Origin: Zootoca vivipara
Taxonomy: Eukaryota
NCBI RefSeq assembly: GCF_963506605.1
Contig: NC_083280.1
Coordinates: forward strand, 42,656,001-42,720,000
Direction: 5' to 3'
DNA length: 64,000 bases
The notes under the pieces: generated by a model
Database searches by the model: none
Told to the model about the DNA's origin: nothing
Seen by the model: the letters and a program-made list of their open reading frames with translations, nothing else
In this document: in pieces, positions 36,736 to 56,900 of the stretch
Layout: every line of letters begins with the position of its first letter
How positions within the stretch are numbered: position 1 is the stretch's first letter
Position numbers and translations under genes: made by a program

Positions 36736-37541
36736 TTACTGAGATTAGGGCAAATGCAGCCATTGTACAGTGAAGTGAGCTCCAGTGTAAACCTGCCCTA
36801 AATCAGGCAGGGATACCACACAGACTGTGGGGCAGAAAAGCAACACATGATGATACACAGTATCTGGGCTTACTGGCACTACACAGCGAAGTTATGGGAT
36901 TGCAGCTGGAGATTCCAGGGTGGGTGGTGGTCCCTTTTCTCTTCCCCTAGCTTCACCCCTTCCTACAATCGTTTTGAAGGCAATGAAATAACGAGCTGGC
37001 TATTGTTACCTAATACAGAATCAGACGTAACTCCAGGGACAACTAAAAATAAAAAAGACTGTTTAGCAAAATTACATGCTCTCTTTAAAAAGACCCATAA
37101 AAAATAAATGGTCCTTGAGCATCCCTGTTGTGCTGTCTGAAGCACCCCTAGCTAGCCTTAATCAGGAGTGACCAAACCAAATTGAGCAACACTACTACAG
37201 CTGCCACATAAAATGGAAAGAAGGCAGGAGGGGCTCTCTCTTCGGAATGCTTGGGGATTTCCCCCCTTCCCTTTAGCAGCATCGCATTCCATGGCGCTAG
37301 GGTTTGCTCATCTGCCAGACCCCCGTGCTGGACTGTGGTCCACATCCCTAGTGTATCTAGCCATATCCTGCTGGGGGGGGAAGTGAATGTGGAAGGACGT
37401 TGGTCTTGAAGGAAAGATCGAGGCCCCAGGAAGCTTCACCTCCTTTGGCTCGTCTGCCCAGTCCCTCAGGCTGTGGCAGGCATGTGCTGGGAAGGAAAGG
37501 GGTGAGGGGGGGAATCTTCTACTGAGTACTTGGCTTTGCCT

Positions 37542-44368
<6,827 letters not shown>

Positions 44369-44660
44369 GGCGGGAACCGAGAAGCTGGGATGCGATGCAA
44401 GCGCCGAAGATGCACTCTGCACACTGCGACGCCACCGACCGGGAGACTCTCGGCCAGGAAAGGGGCGTGCGCCCAAAGACGTGGTGGCGCAGCTTACGCA
44501 TCCCCACAGAAAGGCAGCGGACAAATTCCGGGCTCGCTTTTCGCATAACGTTTTTCTACCCAAGAGAAATGAGGGTTGCCCATCAAGAAAGAAAGAAATC
44601 TAAGGTTTTGGCTTAGTTGTGATTGGGCAGCAGAGCTCCCTCTCGCCAAACGCAGCAGCC
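44369..44660 (-). promoter_or_regulatory. PGAM1 CpG-rich promoter / 5' UTR
   Basis: CpG-rich upstream of the ATG; CCAAT box on minus at 44622-44626; GC-box-like GGGGCGTG near 44462. Confidence 0.6.
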
Positions 44661-46254
44661 AAGATAGGTGTGCAGAACTTGTCGTGTGAAAATTATATTT
44701 AAGGCATGTTTTTATTAAATTATAAGCGCACCGCATCGCCGATTTCGGCTGTAAACAAGTCCGAGGAGGGGGTAATTTAAGTATTGTATATGTGTGGCAA
44801 CCTTAAGAGTGTTTTCTATGGGGCTTTTTTTGGTTGGAAACAAGGCTCAGGCCCATCGCTAGTTTGCAAGTGGGCTTCTAAGGGGTTATATGAAATAACT
44901 GGCTAATGGCCGAGCAATGTGTCAGTGTACTGAAACTATGTTAAATAGCACCTGCTACATAAAATAAGATATGGATTACAAAGGAGCACGCTATATAAAA
45001 ATTCTGAATGTCTCCATTCACTGACTTCTCTGAGCAGTTTTTCCAACCCAGGAGAAACTAAAACCACTTCTAAAGGAGCCAGGAAGTTTGCCTCCAGATA
45101 TTTGAATTGTGTGTCTGCATCTTTACAATCTCTATGGGCATTCTAGCCCCACTGGACCCCTCCCTCCGGATTCAGTTTTGCGCATGCTCTGATTTTCGGT
45201 CCGGCCGTCTGTGTCTCAGACTGGAATTCATACGTGCGTTTTTTAGGAGGAACTATGAAGGTTTGGCGCATGCGTCCAGAAGGAAGTGTCTGGTCGCTCC
45301 CTCCGGCTCGGCGCTCACGAAGCGCACGCGAAGGGCAACGTGACCTTCATCCGCTGGGATGGTCACCATTGCAAAGTGCCTGGGCATCCCCTACGGGCGG
45401 TGCTAGAGGGGGCGCAGGGGGAAAGTGCCCCCCAAAATTAATTAGCTGGCCCTCACTCCACCCCCTTCAACTGCTAGACACCTGTCACTAACATTACTGT
45501 AATTTTTCTGCCAGAGATCATAACGTGGGGACATAACTTGCTCATCCAGAAATATACTTTGCTCCTTTTCTGCCCCCCTCCCTCAGTTTTATCTTCATCC
45601 CCTGGACTGCTCTGTTTTTAAATTTCACCCTTAATTCAAGATGTTATTTAACACAGCAATGAGGATAGATCCCTAATGAGCCAGACTGGGCAGATTAGAG
45701 TTGGATCATAAGGGGAGCCATACATTACAGATGGGATCCTTCAAAATGAGCACCAGCTTGCTTAGGATGAATGCCTTAAATTAGAACCACCACATGCTAA
45801 TGAAGACACTTAACACCTATAACACAGGCTCATAGCCAGTTCACGCAACAGGGGTTTGCAACTTTGCATGCTTGAATGTTCCTCTTGGGTGGCAGGGGAT
45901 TCTGCCTCTAGAAAACTAGAGTGTAAAGGAATGAAAGTCCCACCTTAATTTCTTCCTATCGTGCTCAAAGCAGGACAGATATCTGACCGCACCCCACCCC
46001 AGCTACAGTGATACTAGCCTGAAAAAACCTTCACAAAAATGTATGAGAGAATGTGATGCTAACAACTGTTATAAGCAAAAAAAATCTTCTCAATACCAAA
46101 ACGAAGGTCTTCTAGGCTTGCGTGTTGAGCATGCTGCTTTGTGGAAGTGAGTCATGGGCAGGAGTGACACCCTAATGCCTTCCATATGTACTGCGTCAGG
46201 AAGATTTGGGGAATCACATGGCAGGACAGAGTCTGAAATAAATATGTTCTCTCT

Positions 46255-46800
46255 CAAGCCCACATTCCCAGCCTATTTGCAGGATCTCCAAGGTTTTCTA
46301 CCGGTACAAGGAACTGGCTTCAGGAACTACACCAACTCTGTGTTACAAAGATGTCCGCAAACACGACATGAAGGTTGACAATATTAATCTTGCAGTGTGG
46401 GAATCCCTTGCAGACGATCACAGTGCCTGGAGATAGACAGACAGGTTGTGTATCCACAGCATGGACCAGAGGAGGAATGAACACTGGGATGAGCACATCA
46501 TGGTGCACCTGTAACAGATGTCTTCCCCTCATAGGTGCCAACTCCAACATGAGCACCCACAAAATTCCCCATGAAGGGGCTTGGCACCCACAAATGTTGG
46601 TGTCAGGGCCATCCACACTGCATGGCCCCCATGGCCCCGGCACCCATGGTCACAGGTCCAAGTTGCACTCCTGCTTCCTCTGCCCCACCTGCAATAAAAC
46701 ATGTATTTCCTGTATTGGTATCTACAGCTACCGACACAGCAGATGCTGTAACTCTCCAATGGTTTGACTTTACCCCCAAAGGCACATTCTTCCATAAATG
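46255..46800 (+). mobile_element. Degenerate RTE-clade LINE 3' fragment
   Basis: Resembles PTL.YKDV.K.DMK..NIN.AVWESLADD.SAWR followed by a C-terminal C-P-T-C motif. Confidence 0.65.
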
Positions 46801-47679
46801 GCCAAGGCACATGGTCACAGTGTTGGCACTAATCAATGCTGCCTAAGGTACTATGCCTCCAGGTTACCCCATTTTCATACAAGACACACTGGTGTTCTAT
46901 TTTCCACCAGCCCTGCCCTTGAAAACAAAATGTAGCACTTCTGAGTGCTACATCTAGCTTTATTAATCACGAACCTCAAAACTTGGGATCCCCTGTAAAC
47001 TGGTGCTTAAGTTATTTAGGCATTTTGTCGCATCCCCCAAACTGCAAAACTGATACATGGAACCATCTGTTTGGAGTAAATTGGGCAAGGTGGGATTTTG
47101 AGTGCTGTTAACTAGGAACCGCAGTTTGATGTATCTCTTACTGTGCTATTGGGGAAGTGCTGTAAAGCTTGGGGCTTCTGCTGCAAAACTTTGGCACTGG
47201 TTTGGAGAGAACAGAACAACATTGGGTTTTGGGGTGACACCCATGACCCCCGGTTTGATGTATAAATTTCTCAATTCGGGGGTCACCGCAAAACATAGGG
47301 TTTGGGCTGAAAAACTCAACAAAATGATTGCAAAACGTTGGCACTGGTATGGAGGGGATTATAAATTTGGTCGTTTGTAGTCAATACACCAATACGCGGC
47401 AGATATGGAGTTGGAACCCATGCCTTTCTGCGAATAATTGTCAAGAAGGAATGGGATCAATGAGTATGGCATTATACACTGGTTCTTAACTCTTAGTTAA
47501 TAATAATAATAAAAAAACACAAGTTCGAAATCCGCTTTATATCTACTTTTTGCTATCAATCCTCACCACGCTCGTGAACAATTTAACCACCTTTTTTTTT
47601 AAAGAAAACACCTGCAGCCATAACAGACAAATAGACTCATCTAGTGAGTAAAGGACTGTGGCAGCATTAAGATTCTTCT

Positions 47680-47910
47680 CACGGCCTTTTACGCCCACTA
47701 TCCTTTCGTCGCATATGGAGGGTTATTAACGGGGTCGGAAGTGGATGTTGTATTTTTTCTTTTCTTTACCTCTTTGGATAGCGGCGGAAAATGTTGGAGG
47801 GACAGCGGAAGTTGATTCTCCGCACGGAGGCGGATAACCGGAAGTACTTGGAAAACAAGGCGGAACTGAGGAGCTGCACGTGGGATTTCTCGTGGCCTGC
47901 GCCGTTCAGA
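47680..47910 (+). promoter_or_regulatory. RRP12 promoter
   Basis: CpG-rich; ETS/GABP-like CGGAAGT at 47736, 47806 and 47839; E-box CACGTG at 47877-47882. Confidence 0.7.
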
Positions 47911-50900
47911 ATGGGGCGTTCGGGCAAGCTACGGTCTGGCTCTGCCAGTAAACTCAAGCGCTGGCGCAAGGGGCATAGCAGCGACAGTAACCCGGAGGGG
48001 AGACGCTACCGCCTGGCTGCCCGGGGTCGCTTGCTCGCTCCCCGATCCGGTATGTGCGGCCACGATAAGTGGGGGAATAGAATGCACTTCTAGGAGGAGG
48101 TGGGATCGGAATAGAAGGGCTTCAGAGAGAGTGAAATCTGCTACAAGGGCTTATAGAGTTATGGGGTTGAAGAAAAGCATTCTTCACCCGGAGAAATGAA
48201 CTTTGTTTAGTTATCCTACATTATTGAACGTTGAAACCGTGGAACTGCCCGACATGAATGAATTCCTGTACCCACCCTGTGTGATATAGCTGGTGTCAGC
48301 ATCTTATGTGCCCCATAGCATAATACAAAGGACAATAAGTATATCTTTTCTCCTATTAAGTGTGACATTTCATTTTCCACAGCGACCCTTGTTGCTATGG
48401 ATGAAGTACTGCTGCTTCATTGATGGTTAAGTTGGAATAAGTAATAGGATACTTGTGCATACTTTGATACCAAGCCAGTGAGTAGCTATCTAAAGCCGTG
48501 GCCAGCCTGTTGTGGATTAATCTCCTTTCTGGATTGTCTGGAAACAACTTGGCTTGTCATTTGTGACTTTCTTGGTAGGCCTTATATGGACAGAAACCCC
48601 ATAGCAATCCGTTATGAAGTGTGTTCCCTCCCCAGTGTTGAAGGTCTGTCTTTCCCTTACAGAAAACAGTAACCTGACTGTGGATGCTCTGAAACTGCAC
48701 AATGAACTGCAGTCCTCAGGACCCCTGCCTGCCTCACGGGATGGGGAAGGGAGTCAGCTGCGCATGGAGGAGGATGACAATGCCGAAACTGCTAAGACCC
48801 ACAAATCTTCAGCCACCTTCCTGAGTGGACTGAGTGACTGCACCAGCCTCACCTTCAGTAAAGTGCAACGTTTCTGGGAGTCCAACTCTGCTGCTCACAA
48901 GGAGGTATTTGAATGCCAGCTCCTAGGAAGTCACAAGGGCAGTGAAAGGGAGGGCATAGAATATTGGGGGTAAGCACGTAGAGGAAAAAGTCAGTTTGTG
49001 ACTGTAAGAGGAGATGGAATGGAAGAGAGGCCAGCAGAGAAGAAAGTGGGTAAACAATACATTAGAAGGAACGGAGAAAAGTGGATACCAAGCAACCAAA
49101 GTGATAGACTAAAAGAAGTAACAGCAGTCAACTGACAATGTGTCACACAAGCAGCAGATACTGGTATGTTGTTAGCTCATTGTTAACTGCCCTAAAGCTA
49201 CAAGATTAATAAGTAATAATCATATTCATAAGAGTGGCCAGTCTGCCTCTCTCTGTTCATAACTGAGAACTGTGTGCACTATATTCGTTATTCAGGATTG
49301 AACAGTTTGTAGTTGATGGCTGTCTGGTAATAATGTAAGAGATGGATCCTCAGAGGCACATTATGAATGCACTGGCTTCCTGCTACATATTGGGGGCACT
49401 TTGGCGCCTTCATTGTTCTGAGGGAAATGGAGAAAGAATTGCTATGCCATTTTGGAAATTTAAAGCAGAACTTGAATTCATACTTAGATTGCAGGAATGA
49501 GAAAAGTGGGCATTGTGTCTCCATTTCCAGATTGAAGGAGCAAGTGAAATGAATGTCAATCTACCACTCATCTCCCTGGATCTCTAGTTCAGACACAACA
49601 CTCCTACTCTCATGTCAGCTCAAGAGATGCTGAAAGCCCAGCACAGTGGTTATAGATAGCTGGTCTGCTCTTCCAGCTATTTGCTTATCTATGTTGAAAT
49701 CATGCTGACCAGTAATCAGTGGTGGAGTTTTCAGTCTCTCCAGGAAGCATTCATAAGGATGGACAACAATACTTGCATGTAGCCGTTGGGGTGGCATGCT
49801 GTGAGGGAATGTTAAATTAATTAGGTGGGCTTTAATTTGAACTCTCACACTTGGATTCTTTGATAGATATGTGCGGTATTGGCTGCTGTCACCGAGGTGA
49901 TCCGAGCACAGGGTGGCGTAGAGAGTGAGACAGAGTATTTTGGTGCATTGGTAAGTACCAGTACTGTGAAATGAGGCAGGCAGGAGCTACCTAGAGGTTT
50001 CTGGTCACTGATGTGTACAGTTGAGTGTGGTTACCAACAACTGCTGTGATCGCAGTACCATCAATAATCCCAATAAACAAACAGACTTGACCGTCATAGG
50101 GCAAATAGCAGACAGGAAGTAATGGCAAGACCTTGTAGCATTTGCATGAACAGTTTATCTTGCTTCCCTTCATGCTTTTTACTTATTTATTTTATTACTA
50201 CATTTGCATCTTGCCCTTCAAGGAAAATTTCCAGGGAAGCTTACATAAAATTCAGTAAGCACAACCAACACCAATCCCACTGCATGAAACAATTCCATAC
50301 ACCAGTTGGAGTGATGATGGTGAGATAAGGCTCCACTTGATATGCACTCAGCCTAGGGAACAGGGAAATAAGCCACTAAGAAAATTGCAAAATGGTGCAT
50401 CCATAGCCCACCCATGGTAGCAATTGCAGAGGGAGCCAATGAACTCATGATAACGATTGAGCCCCACAACACAGCCCTCGTCTATATTTCTGACATTCAT
50501 ATACTAGTGGTAGCGTGCTATGATTCAGTGCTCCTTGCAGCATATCCTGCATTTTATCATAACAATATGGGAGGTGGGGGAAGATTTTCACATGAGCCAG
50601 CACAGGCATCCCCAAACTTCGGCCCTCCAGATGTTTTGGACTACAATTCCCATAATCCCTGACCACTGGTCCTCTTAGCTAGGGATCATGGGAGTTGTAG
50701 GCCAAGACATCTGGAGGGCCGCAGTTTGGGGATGCCTGAGCCAGCATATGGCCAGGTTGTTGTTGCCATTATTATTATTTAATTAAATTTGGATACTGCC
50801 CTTCATCTGAAGATCTCAGGGTGGTTCATAGCATAAAAATACAGAATAAAACCACAAAGTACACAATAGAAACATAATAAGAGCAAAACCAAACCAATAA

Positions 50901-53900
50901 CCTAAAGGTGCTCCTTTAGACTTCAAGATGCAATCCCAGGGAGTCCAACATCCTTTCTGATTACTTCCCTCCACCATACTATGTCTCCTCAGATGACTAC
51001 TCTGGAAGCTGTGGAATCTCCAGAGTCCCTGGCTGCTGTTGCTTACCTGCTGAATCTGGTGTTGAAGAGGTGAGTTCTAAGAACGTGAGAAAAGTACCTC
51101 TGGACCAGACCAGTGGCCCATGTCAGGATGCTTTAGAAAAGGATTAGAACAATTGAGGATGCAAGCATAACCTTCAATGCTATCTTGACTATTTCCCAGA
51201 CAAAAGCTGATCTGGATGAATGTGTTGGGCCCTGTTGTGAATCCATTTACACTCTTGACCTCTTTTTTTCTTGTATTCTGGCAATGAATCCCCTATAAAT
51301 ATCTTTCCTCTTTGTGTTGCTGTTTAATTGATTGACACATTCATGTGATGTGTTCCTGAAATAAAAGTTCCCTAGCAATTTTTTGCACCTGACCTTTTAG
51401 GGGTCAGCAAACTTTTTTAGCAGGTTGCCAGTCCATTGTCCCTTAGACCTTGTGTGGGGCTGGACAATATTTTTTTAAAAAAAATATGAATGAATTCCTA
51501 TGCCCCACAAATAACCCAGAGATGTATTTTTAAGAAAGGACACATTCTACTCATGTAAAAACACACTGATTACTGGACCGTCCGTGGGCTGGATTGAGGT
51601 GATTGGGCCACATCCGGCCCCCAGGCCTTAGTTTGGGAACCCTGTTTTAAACTGTCCTTAATGCTAAAAAAATCCTGAATCTATTAGACATTCATTTTCT
51701 GGTATCTTTTCTGCAGCCCTGATCACTCAAGCACTTCTGTGAACATTTACCACTTCACTATATCTCTGTTTAGATAAGATGACCAGAACTCCCCACCATG
51801 ACCCAAGTGTGGATGTTGTTGCTCTTACACTTGACAATGGATAACTGTGCAAGTGATGAAGTGCAAGATCCGGTCTGGGCCTTTGGTGACTCTCTTGTCT
51901 TTTGAAACAGAGTGGGTGATTCATGGACTGGGAGATTAGAAGTACAGGGTGCTACCAAACTAAGCCTAGCTGCAAGAGAGTAAAGTTCCCTGGAAGCAAA
52001 GGGTAGTGGAATATAGTCATACTTTGGATCTTGAACGCCTTGGCTCCCGAACAAATTGGGTCCCGAATGATCAAAACCCGGAAATGAGTGTTCTGGTTTT
52101 CAAACGTTCTTTTGAAAGCCGAATGTACGAGGCTTCCGTGGCCAATCAGAAGCCGCACTTTGGTTTCCGAACATTTTGGAAGTTTGACGGACTTCCGGAA
52201 CGGATTCCGTTCAACTTCCAAGGTACTTGCTATTGTTTCTGCCTCACATTGATGCCTCCTCCTATCTCTTAACTCCCAAATAGGGTACCAGGTCCTGTGC
52301 TGATCAAGAAGTTCTCTGATACATCAAAGGCCTTTATGGGGATCTTAGGCTCCCAAGCCTGTGGAGACTCCACCTCGGCCCTGCGCTGGGTAAGTGTTTC
52401 AGGAGAGGACTAACTGTGGGGCAGGAGGGACACCTGGATATTGGATGTTGTGATTAATGGAATCCTTTATGTAGTGTGATGTGCACTTGTGATTGTATTG
52501 TGAAATCCCTTTGAGACGCTTCATGGGAAATAATGCAGAAATGAAATATAAATAAATAAAAATGCATGTCCAGGAGTCAGGGGCCATTCTGCATAGCTTC
52601 TTGGTTTATTGCTTCTCACCCCACCACCCCCACAAGCAAGGTGTGTGGAGCAGTGCTGAATCCTGTTGATAGGCTTAAAGATAAAGGACGTAGTTAGTGG
52701 TGTCAGATGCATCAGAAATTTTAAACTGAACCCCTGGCTTAAGGGCTCACTAGTGTATATGCAAGGATGTTTCTTGGTATAGTGATAGCACTCTATGTCT
52801 ATCCTTAACCTGTCTCTCTCCTTTCAGGTGCTCTCCTGTCTAGCTACATTGCTGCGAAGACAGAACCTGGTAGCTTGGAATTACTCTGTGACGATGCAGG
52901 TTTTTCATGGCCTTCTCAGCTTTACTGTCCATGTCAAGCCCAAGGTGAGTTCACATCACCTACCCTGCTCAGCACAGTTTCACTGCACTTGGCAGCATGC
53001 ACCCCAATGCTGCCACAGTAACTTTCGCTTTTGTTTCATCTGTTAAATGTATGTCCCACCTTTCCATGTGGAATGGCTATGGGAGCTAACAATAAAGTGT
53101 AACAAGAGATGTAGCTCATTTCCAGTATGTAACTGCTTGGAGTTGGGCATGAAGTACAGCCCAGCTCACCACCTTCTCTGCCTCCCCTTTCCTCGGTTGC
53201 AGGTTCGCAAGGCTGCTCAGCATGGCGTTTGCTCCATCCTGAGAGGTAGTGAATTCCTCTTTGGGGATGGGGCTCCCTCACATCACCCAGCTGCATCTTC
53301 TGCTGCCAAGTTCTGCGTGCAAGAGATTGAGAAAGCTGGAGGTATTGGAGACGGGAAATTCATGAGTTGTGTTTTATTAATATTTGCAAGCTGCTCTGGG
53401 ACAAATCTCCCTGAAGGGTGGGCTGTGAGATTTATAATAATAAACTGTGTTGGAGAAGGTAGCAGTGCTAGACCTCTTTGGTTTTCCAGGTGCCAAAGAG
53501 GCCACAACCACTCTTCATGTACTCACTCTGCTGCGTGACTTGCTGCCCTGCCTGCCTGCCCCATCTGTCAAATCTTCCTGCGAGACCCTCCTTCGAGTTA
53601 TGACCCTCAGCCATGTGGTGAGCTCTCTTCTGTTGGTTAACAGTGGCTTTGTGGCGCTGCCTCTGCTCTGGGGATGCCACACTGCCCAGTGGGGAGAGCC
53701 AACATGCTTCAGTAAGAATGAAAGCATGAATAGTCTTTGTTTGTTACCAATGGGGGCTTGGTATGAATTACCTATGTACCTAAAGTCCCTCTTGAGGATG
53801 GGAAATAATTGCCCTGTCATTTTAGGAGGGGCACTTCATTACCATATTTGGCACATAGGCTTTTGTGGGAGAGCCAATGTGTCTGATGCTTTTAAAAGAA

Positions 53901-56900
53901 CTTATTTTTACACATCTTCTCTCCTTCCCCTCCCCCAGCTAGTGACAGCATGTGCTATGAAAGCTTTCCACAGCCTCTTCGTTGCCCAGCCACCCCCATC
54001 CTGCCTGCCAGCTGAACTCAATGCCCAGATCATCATGGTGAGTACTGTAAGAGTCAGACTAGATGAATGGAGGGTGTAAAACCAGCCCTGGGGGCTCAAA
54101 TATTTAGTTATTTGTTTTGGTACATATATATCCTACTTGTCAAGGCAAAAACCCTTCTCAAAGCAATTCACAAGCTAGTATCAATACAACTTTAAAAAAA
54201 TGCAGATTCAGTAAACAACCAATAACGCTATCTATTCTGCTTTACCAGGCCCTATATGACTATTTACCCAGTGAAAATGACCTGCAGCCTCTGCTGGCCT
54301 GGCTATCTGTCATGGAGCGGGCACATGTCAATCTGGCAAAGTAAGGAGGAGAGTCGTGGGGAAGATGGATGGGTGGTGTTGGGTCTCCTCCCCAGCTGGT
54401 CCATAACAAAAAGTCTCTCCATTCTTTAGGCTGCAGTGGGATCTGTGCTGGGCTCACCTTTCCCGCCTCTTCAGTGCGGCAATGAACTGCTTCCTTTCTC
54501 CTCACACACAGGTGGCAGCGGCTGCTGCTCAAACCCTAAAGGTACTGTCCTATCTTTACTCCCAAGTGTACCCATGTAGGGCTGTCAAGAATTGTGTGCT
54601 GCTGAAATAAAGATTTGTTTGGCATTTCAGTGAAAGTAAGCGACCTCACTCTCCCCAAAAGTCCTCTTTGTGAATACACACCTACAGAGAACTTTTGCAT
54701 TGCCAGCTTCAGTTCAACCCCGGGATGTAGCAGAATACTTGGCCCTACAGCCAGCTTGCTGCAAGCAGTGATTGGCACTCACCGAAAGCCTGCTTTAAGC
54801 AGGCATTGGCTGTGCTGGTGGGGAACTCCTTAGCACAGTCCGTCACTGCAGGCTTGCTGCATAGCCAGTCAGCTGACAGCAAGTTTCTCTTGTCAAGGAA
54901 CAATTGGAGCACTTTAATGCTCCTGATTCTTTGGCATCTATGTCACTGTGTGGGCAAGAGGGCATGGTTTGAGGAAAACTGTCTCGTGGGCCCAATTGGG
55001 ACACATGCTGGACTTTGCCCACCCTTGCTGTAAGGAGAGTGGGCTAGTGCTAAAGCTCTCTCTGTGTGTGTTTGCCTCTTGTTGTAGGTCTTGCTCAATG
55101 AATGTGTGTCCCCCCACATGGCAGAGCTGGGGCTGGTTTCCTCTGCCACCCCCTCTGGATCAGCTGCTCACATCTGCAAGATGTTCAGGTAGAAGAAGTG
55201 GCCCAGTGGGTTGTGGGAAAGAGGTCAAAATCCTGGTTTTGAAAGGCTGCGTGTTGAATAGCTATTTGCTTTCCTCCTTGTAGGGCAGTGGAAGAGGGCT
55301 TGACATACCGGTTCCATGCGGCATGGGCCTCCGTGTTGCAGGTTCTGAAGACTTTCTTTGAAGTGTGTGGGCATCAGTGCCATCTCACCATGTGTAAGGT
55401 AAAGGAGTTTCTGTGGCGACCGAGCCCTGTTCCACAAGAGACAAGAAGGGGATCTCCATGGCAAAAGAACATTTGGACACTGGGGCCCCGCAAACGTCTG
55501 AGATGCATTGTTGCTAAACTTTTCTAGAGCTCTTAGGACCGTGAGCTGGAGATCTGTGGATGCATAAATGTGTGTTATACAGTGGATATAAAGAAGTCAG
55601 GGATAGGAGTCATTATAAGAGGGTAGGCTGTTTTATAACACATGCTTGCTTGTGTGATGCTCTCTTTCGTTTTCCTTTTTCTTCAGTGCTTACAGTCCTT
55701 AGCTGACCTGCGTGGCTCCCCACACTTTCCTCACACTGTGCTGCTCGACCAGACTCTAGGGGCTGCAGTGGCCACTATGGGCCCTGAGGTTGTTCTACAG
55801 GCTGTGCCCCTGGATATTGATGGCACAGAGTGAGTATAATCTCTGCCTTTCTGGGTTTCTGGTGTTTCTATACCTTCCCATAAGACAACCCCAGCTGGAT
55901 CAAGCCATCTAGTTCAACATCCTATTCTCACAGTGGCCAGAGGCAGATTCAAATTGGATTTCACCACCACCTGAATAAGTGACTGAATGGGCATCTGCAT
56001 CAGGGTTCATATGAAAAGAAAAGTTGGGATCCCATACTTTTCCATTAATATTGAACACTGTTGCATGTTGCAAACTCTGTTTAGAAGAGGTTAGCAAAAT
56101 CGCATTTGAATCTGCCTTTGCGATTTAGTTGGATGCTCCGAGAACAGAAATTCTTGGACATGATTGTAGGCTGGACTGGGTGTTTACTACTTGGGCCTTT
56201 CACGCCTCCACTATCTTAGGGCATTGTTGTAGCTGAAATTACTCGCAAAGGCACCAAAATCCAGCATACCCAGGTACAGCCTCGTAATTTTGTCATTTGT
56301 TCTCTCTTATGCTTCCTCCACAAGGGAGACACTGGATTTCCCCCGTAGCTGGCTCCTTCCTGTACTCCGAGACAGTATCCGAGATGCACCCCTTGCCTTC
56401 TTCTCCAGTTACTTCCTGCCACTGGCTGCCACTCTAAAACACAGAGGTAACTGACAAGACCATGAGCACGTACAAGCAGACCTGAGTGTTGGACCTTAAA
56501 AGAGCACGACAACAGCTCCATCTCTAGGGTTTAAGATTGCAGTAGAGCTGTGGTACATTCCACCTGGAGAATCCATCAGAAAATCTACCATACCAGACTC
56601 CCAAAACAAAATGCAGCTTCTAATGAGATTTCCCCTACCCCTCAGCAAGTACCAGATTTGGGGTATTTGGGCATACAGAATGAAAAAAATACAGATGTTA
56701 AAGCTCCACATTTGAAGTCTCAGTCTTGGGATTTAGTTATAGTCCATTGCTGCACACCAGTACTGTTTGCATTCAGCAAGCAGAAATTCATCCTTTGGGT
56801 CTGCACCAATTGTGGCTTTGGATACGGGTTAGATCTGCACAAATATATGGGTCAATTATTGTATGGAGTACATCATGACAGCAGTTGCCTGTTAATTTCA

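Noticed and set aside
44369-44563. N-terminal extension of PGAM1
   Set aside because: The ORF-track start is TTG; GCCATGG at 44368 is a strong Kozak start matching the known N-terminus
46930-46953. 10-bp perfect hairpin ATGTAGCACT-TCTG-AGTGCTACAT
   Set aside because: Short and isolated; plausible by chance or as a TE remnant
46850-47500. Possible endogenous viral or novel coding fragment (ORF 47102-47380)
   Set aside because: No recognisable protein motif; looks like degraded repeat sequence. A tBLASTx search would be needed to reconsider.
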